Assembly: GCA_037131045.1 (NCBI GenBank)
Contig: JBAXRV010000002.1
Location: 6,838-70,837 of the forward strand
Source of the DNA: Actinomycetes bacterium
GTDB taxonomy: Bacteria; Actinomycetota; Actinomycetes; S36-B12; UBA5976
Reading direction: 5' to 3'
Length of the DNA: 64,000 nt
Below are positions 60,058-64,000 of the stretch, one piece after another. The notes under the pieces are model-generated. The model was given only the letters and a program-made list of their open reading frames with translations, searched no databases and was not told the origin of the DNA. A program made the translations under genes and the position numbers. The first letter of the stretch is position 1. Every line of letters starts with the position of its first letter.

Positions 60058-60192
60058 CCGCCGACCTGGGTGGCACGAACCCGTCCAAAACTGGCCGCTG
60101 GCAGAGCGAAAAAGGGGCGTAAATCCAGCGATTACGACACGCCCTAGCCCGTGTTACGGGTGTTACTGGTGGGTTTTTCATATGCTTAGTAC

Positions 60193-62739
60193 ATGGCTTC
60201 CCCGTCCGGCACTAAAGCGCGTCCCAGTTCACAGTCTCGAAGTGGCAACGCGACCAAGAGAAAGCCTAAAAAACCCACTGGATTCAGGGTATTTACCTCT
60301 GGAGTCAGCACGATCGCAGCCACAGTCTGGCTCGGAATCGCTCATGTCATCGGTGCCATTGCCCGTGGAGTGGGTCGAAATGCTCGAGATTTAGACCCCG
60401 CACACCGCCGTGATGGCTTGGGGTTGGGGTATTTAGCAATGGCTATTGTGACCGCATCGGTCCTCTGGCTGCATACTCAAGGTTTTGTGGCTGGAGTCGT
60501 CAGCGCAGTGGTTACTGGCGGTATCGGAATGTTTGATTTCCTTGCGCCAGTGGCGTTTGCTGCCATTGCTGCACATATTCTGCGCTACCCAGATTCGGCA
60601 AAAGAGCGAAACGGCCGATTAATCATCGGTTGGACTCTGTGTGTACTTACTGTTGTGGGCTTAGCACATATTTTCAGCGCAAACCCAAGCCCAACAGACG
60701 GTGCGCTAGCGATGCGCGAAGCTGGTGGCTGGGTTGGTTGGTTAGTGACCGTAATTTTTGTCATGGCAGTGGGAAAGGCAGTTACTGTGGCACTGCTTGC
60801 ATTGCTGTTGATGTTCTCAGTTCTCATTATTACTGCAACACCAGTTAACAAAGTTGTTCCTCGAGTTCGAGAGTTCATTAGCCATCTCACTACTCCGTTA
60901 AGCGAGGCGGTGGATGGCGCTTTGTCGTCAAGAGCCAGTAAGCACGACGATATGGCGATTGATGCAATGCACGACGATCGTGCAAAAAAACGTACATGGT
61001 TGCGCCGCAAAGCTAAAGGTGCGGCAATTGACCCAGCACTTCTGATAGGTGAGCTAGAAGGTGACGCACCATTTATGCACCCAGTTGTTCATGTTGCGCA
61101 ATCTGCCATGGACACCGACATAGTGGCGATACCGCAGATCAGTGAACAGCCAACCATCGCTGTGGCAATCCCACCGGAAGGGATCGCCCAGCATGTCACC
61201 GGAAGCCAACCAAGACCTGCCGCAGGTGTGCCTGTACCTGCGCAACCTGCTCAACAGTTGCCGTTGTCATGGGCATCCAACTACAAACTTCCAGACACTA
61301 ACATCTTGAAACCAGGCCCTGCACCTAAGGCTCGTACTAAAGCAAATGACAATGTGATCGAAAAACTCACTGAAGTGATGGAGCAATTCGACATCGATGC
61401 TCGCGTCACTGGTTTTCAGCGTGGCCCAACAGTAACTCGGTACGAAGTAGAACTTGGTCCAAAGGTGAAGGTAGAACGTGTTACCGCTTTGAGTAAGAAC
61501 ATTGCCTACGCAGTTGCAAGTGCTGATGTTCGCATACTTTCACCAATTCCCGGCAAGAGTGCCATAGGTATCGAGATCCCGAATGCTGATCGCGAAATCG
61601 TCTCACTTGGTGACGTGATGCGCAGCACAGAAGCCCGCGGGGATCTGCACCCCATGCTTGTGGGATTGGGTAAAGACGTCGAGGGTGGATTTACTGTTGC
61701 TAACTTGGCAAAGATGCCGCACTTACTTGTTGCTGGAGCAACCGGTGCGGGTAAATCGGGATGCATGAACACATTAATCACTTCAATTTTGATGCGCTCC
61801 ACACCAGAAGAAGTTCGCATGGTACTGATTGACCCGAAGCGCGTTGAGTTAACTGCTTACGAAGGTGTGCCACACCTACTGACTCCGATCATCACGCACC
61901 CTAAGAAGGCCGCGGACGCCTTGCAGTGGGTAGTGAAAGAGATGGAAGCGCGCTATGACGACCTGGCCAACTACGGTTTCCGCCATGTCGATGACTTTAA
62001 CAAGGCAGTGCGTGCTGGAAAGATTGCGCCACCAGTGGGCAGCGAACGAGTATTGCGCCCGTATCCATACTTACTCGTCATCGTTGATGAGTTAGCTGAT
62101 CTGATGATGGTGGCACCGCGAGATGTTGAAGATTCGATCGTGCGTATCACACAGCTTGCTCGGGCAGCAGGCATTCACCTGGTTCTTGCGACCCAGCGGC
62201 CAAGCGTCGATGTTGTTACCGGATTAATCAAGGCAAACGTTCCAAGCCGTCTGGCATTTGCGACCTCGAGCTTGGCAGACAGTCGAGTAATTTTGGATCA
62301 ACCTGGCGCTGAAAAACTTGTGGGTCAAGGTGATGGCTTGTTCCTTCCTATGGGCACAAGCAAACCAATCCGAGTTCAAGGATCTTGGGTAACTGAAGCG
62401 GAGATTCGCAGTGTTGTTGCACACTGCAAGTCCCAAATGGAACCTCAATATCGTGAAGACATCACATTGCCAGCGAACACTCATCGCGAGATCGACTCTG
62501 ACATCGGTGGCGATCTGACTGAACTGATCCAGGCTGTAGAAATCGTGGGAACAACGCAAATTGGTTCTACTTCGATGCTGCAACGCAAGATGCGCATTGG
62601 TTTTGCAAAAGCTGGTCGCTTGATGGACCTGATGGAAAATCGCGGAATCGTTGGACCATCCGAAGGCTCTAAGGCTCGTGAAGTTCTGATCACAGCAGAA
62701 GACTTGCCTGGCACCATCGCACTGTTGCGTGGCGAATAG
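60193..62739 (+). CDS. ftsK: DNA translocase FtsK
   Basis: N-terminal TM helices, low-complexity linker, motor domain with Walker A GATGAGKS and Walker B LLVIVDE, C-terminal winged-helix gamma domain ([20 protein letters not shown]). Confidence 0.95.
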   Translation: MASPSGTKARPSSQSRSGNATKRKPKKPTGFRVFTSGVSTIAATVWLGIAHVIGAIARGVGRNARDLDPAHRRDGLGLGYLAMAIVTASVLWLHTQGFVAGVVSAVVTGGIGMFDFLAPVAFAAIAAHILRYPDSAKERNGRLIIGWTLCVLTVVGLAHIFSANPSPTDGALAMREAGGWVGWLVTVIFVMAVGKAVTVALLALLLMFSVLIITATPVNKVVPRVREFISHLTTPLSEAVDGALSSRASKHDDMAIDAMHDDRAKKRTWLRRKAKGAAIDPALLIGELEGDAPFMHPVVHVAQSAMDTDIVAIPQISEQPTIAVAIPPEGIAQHVTGSQPRPAAGVPVPAQPAQQLPLSWASNYKLPDTNILKPGPAPKARTKANDNVIEKLTEVMEQFDIDARVTGFQRGPTVTRYEVELGPKVKVERVTALSKNIAYAVASADVRILSPIPGKSAIGIEIPNADREIVSLGDVMRSTEARGDLHPMLVGLGKDVEGGFTVANLAKMPHLLVAGATGAGKSGCMNTLITSILMRSTPEEVRMVLIDPKRVELTAYEGVPHLLTPIITHPKKAADALQWVVKEMEARYDDLANYGFRHVDDFNKAVRAGKIAPPVGSERVLRPYPYLLVIVDELADLMMVAPRDVEDSIVRITQLARAAGIHLVLATQRPSVDVVTGLIKANVPSRLAFATSSLADSRVILDQPGAEKLVGQGDGLFLPMGTSKPIRVQGSWVTEAEIRSVVAHCKSQMEPQYREDITLPANTHREIDSDIGGDLTELIQAVEIVGTTQIGSTSMLQRKMRIGFAKAGRLMDLMENRGIVGPSEGSKAREVLITAEDLPGTIALLRGE

Positions 62740-62749
62740 ACTTCATCGG

Positions 62750-64000
62750 GTGACGTCCACTCCGCGAGTATCCATAGTTTCGTTGGGCTGTTCGCGTAAC
62801 GACGTAGATTCAGAAGAACTGGCTGGACGTCTTCTGGCCGATGGTTGGGCTATCGAAGCGGGTGACGGGGATACCGATGTCATTCTGGTCAATACCTGCG
62901 GATTCATCGAACAGGCAAAAAAAGACTCAATAGATACTTTGCTTCAGGCATCTGATCTCAAAGAGGCTGGTAAGACCGCCAAAGTTGTCGCTGTGGGTTG
63001 CATGGCGCAACGCTATGGCAAAGAACTAGCTGCGGAACTTCCTGAAGCCGATGCCATTTTCAGTTTCGATGACTACACAGACATCGGCTCACGATTACGC
63101 GATGTGTTAGATGGTCGCTCATTTATTGCGCATGACCCTATCGATCGACGCACAATGCTTCCAATCTCGCCAGTGGATAGGCGCGCAGAAGAGTCAGGCG
63201 CACCAGGAATGGGCCCGCACATTTTTCGCAGCCGTCTGGATCAACAACCGTGGGCGCCATTGAAAATTGCTTCAGGGTGTGATCGTCGTTGTACGTTTTG
63301 TGCCATCCCAGCGTTTCGTGGGTCCTTTGTTTCTCGAAGCGCACAGGAAATTCTTGAGGAAGCAAGCTGGCTTGGGCAAAATGGCGTTAGGGAAGTTTTC
63401 CTTGTGAGTGAAAATTCCACATCTTATGGCAAAGATATCGGTGACTTACGAATGCTAGAGAAGTTACTGCCTGCCCTTGCACAGTTGGAAGGAATTGAGC
63501 GAGTGAGGGTTTCGTATTTACAGCCTGCAGAAATTCGCCCGGACTTGATTCGCATCATTGCCCAAACTCCTGGTGTGGTTCCTTATCTCGATTTGTCGTT
63601 CCAACATGCCAGCAATGCAGTCCTGCGTCGCATGAAGCGTTTTGGCGATAGCGAGAGCTTTATGGAATTGTTAAATGCTGCTCGCGTCCTGAACCCTGCA
63701 ATTGGCGCTCGAACAAATTTCATCGTGGGTTTCCCCGGTGAGACTGAGCAAGACGTCGAGATACTTGCGCAATTTATTAACGACTCACAGCTTGATGCGA
63801 TTGGCGTATTTCCATATTCGGATGAAGATGGCACTGCCGCAGTGACACTTGATGGACACTTGCCCGAAGACGAAGTGCAAGCTCGTTTTGATCACATCAG
63901 CTCGCTTGCCGAACGTGTCACTGAACAAGCGGCTAGCGCAAGATTAGGTAGTACCGTCAGCGTGCTTATTGAGACTGATGACAACACTGGTCGTGCCGAA
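62750..64000 (+). CDS. rimO: Ribosomal protein S12 methylthiotransferase RimO, 5' 417 codons (runs off the right edge)
   Basis: Not in the ORF track (no stop in the window). Hand translation from GTG 62750 gives [28 protein letters not shown]..., VNTCGFI, radical-SAM [19 protein letters not shown] and [10 protein letters not shown]. SLGCxxN rather than GCQMN favours RimO over MiaB. Confidence 0.85.
   Translation, partial: MTSTPRVSIVSLGCSRNDVDSEELAGRLLADGWAIEAGDGDTDVILVNTCGFIEQAKKDSIDTLLQASDLKEAGKTAKVVAVGCMAQRYGKELAAELPEADAIFSFDDYTDIGSRLRDVLDGRSFIAHDPIDRRTMLPISPVDRRAEESGAPGMGPHIFRSRLDQQPWAPLKIASGCDRRCTFCAIPAFRGSFVSRSAQEILEEASWLGQNGVREVFLVSENSTSYGKDIGDLRMLEKLLPALAQLEGIERVRVSYLQPAEIRPDLIRIIAQTPGVVPYLDLSFQHASNAVLRRMKRFGDSESFMELLNAARVLNPAIGARTNFIVGFPGETEQDVEILAQFINDSQLDAIGVFPYSDEDGTAAVTLDGHLPEDEVQARFDHISSLAERVTEQAASARLGSTVSVLIETDDNTGRAE

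Noticed and set aside
60058-60192. Possible small RNA or terminator in the rnj-ftsK spacer (hairpins GGGCGT...ACGCCC and CCCGT-GTT-ACGGG, then GGGTTTTT)
   Set aside because: The stems are short (5-6 bp) and the T-run is separated from the hairpin by 13 nt. I recognise no known motif. It is plausibly just the rnj terminator and ftsK promoter region.

Overview
The window is a densely packed chromosomal segment of an actinobacterium. The taxon is inferred from gene content and gene order; GC content was not computed. I support about 63 protein-coding genes, including two edge-truncated genes absent from the ORF track: qcrB at the left edge and rimO at the right edge. I found no rRNA, tRNA, CRISPR array, transposase or integrase. 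Two conserved core blocks dominate. Block 1 (1-17.2 kb) carries qcrB-qcrA-qcrC-ctaE, trpD, a DnaQ/GIY-YIG nuclease, pimB, a GT87 mannosyltransferase, fadD15, plsC, PPi-PFK, class II DAHP synthase and a PASTA Ser/Thr kinase. Block 2 (32-64 kb) carries dxr-rseP-ispG-GNAT-proS, rimP-nusA-ylxR-infB-rbfA-nrnA-truB-ribF, rpsO-pnp-M16 peptidase-dapB, thyX-dapA-rnj-ftsK-rimO. The only accessory-looking stretch lies between them (17.2-32 kb). It is an 11-kb carotenoid island (crtYc/Yd, crtB, crtE-crtI, and a crtA-like/cruF/GT2/CrtI-family tailoring operon) interleaved with an MptA-like GT-C mannosyltransferase, an orphan barstar-like gene and a CDP-alcohol phosphatidyltransferase. It is followed by ybaK, gabT and an aldehyde dehydrogenase. 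A perfect 15-bp x 4 tandem repeat fills one convergent intergenic gap inside the island. I did not find convincing evidence for a wholly new system such as a defence island or a toxin system. The best candidates for follow-up are the carotenoid tailoring operon with its embedded CDP-alcohol transferase, the tandem repeat, and a few small regulatory-looking elements. CDS coordinates follow the supplied ORF track, with starts revised where noted. Small motifs were counted by hand and could be off by 1-2 nt.
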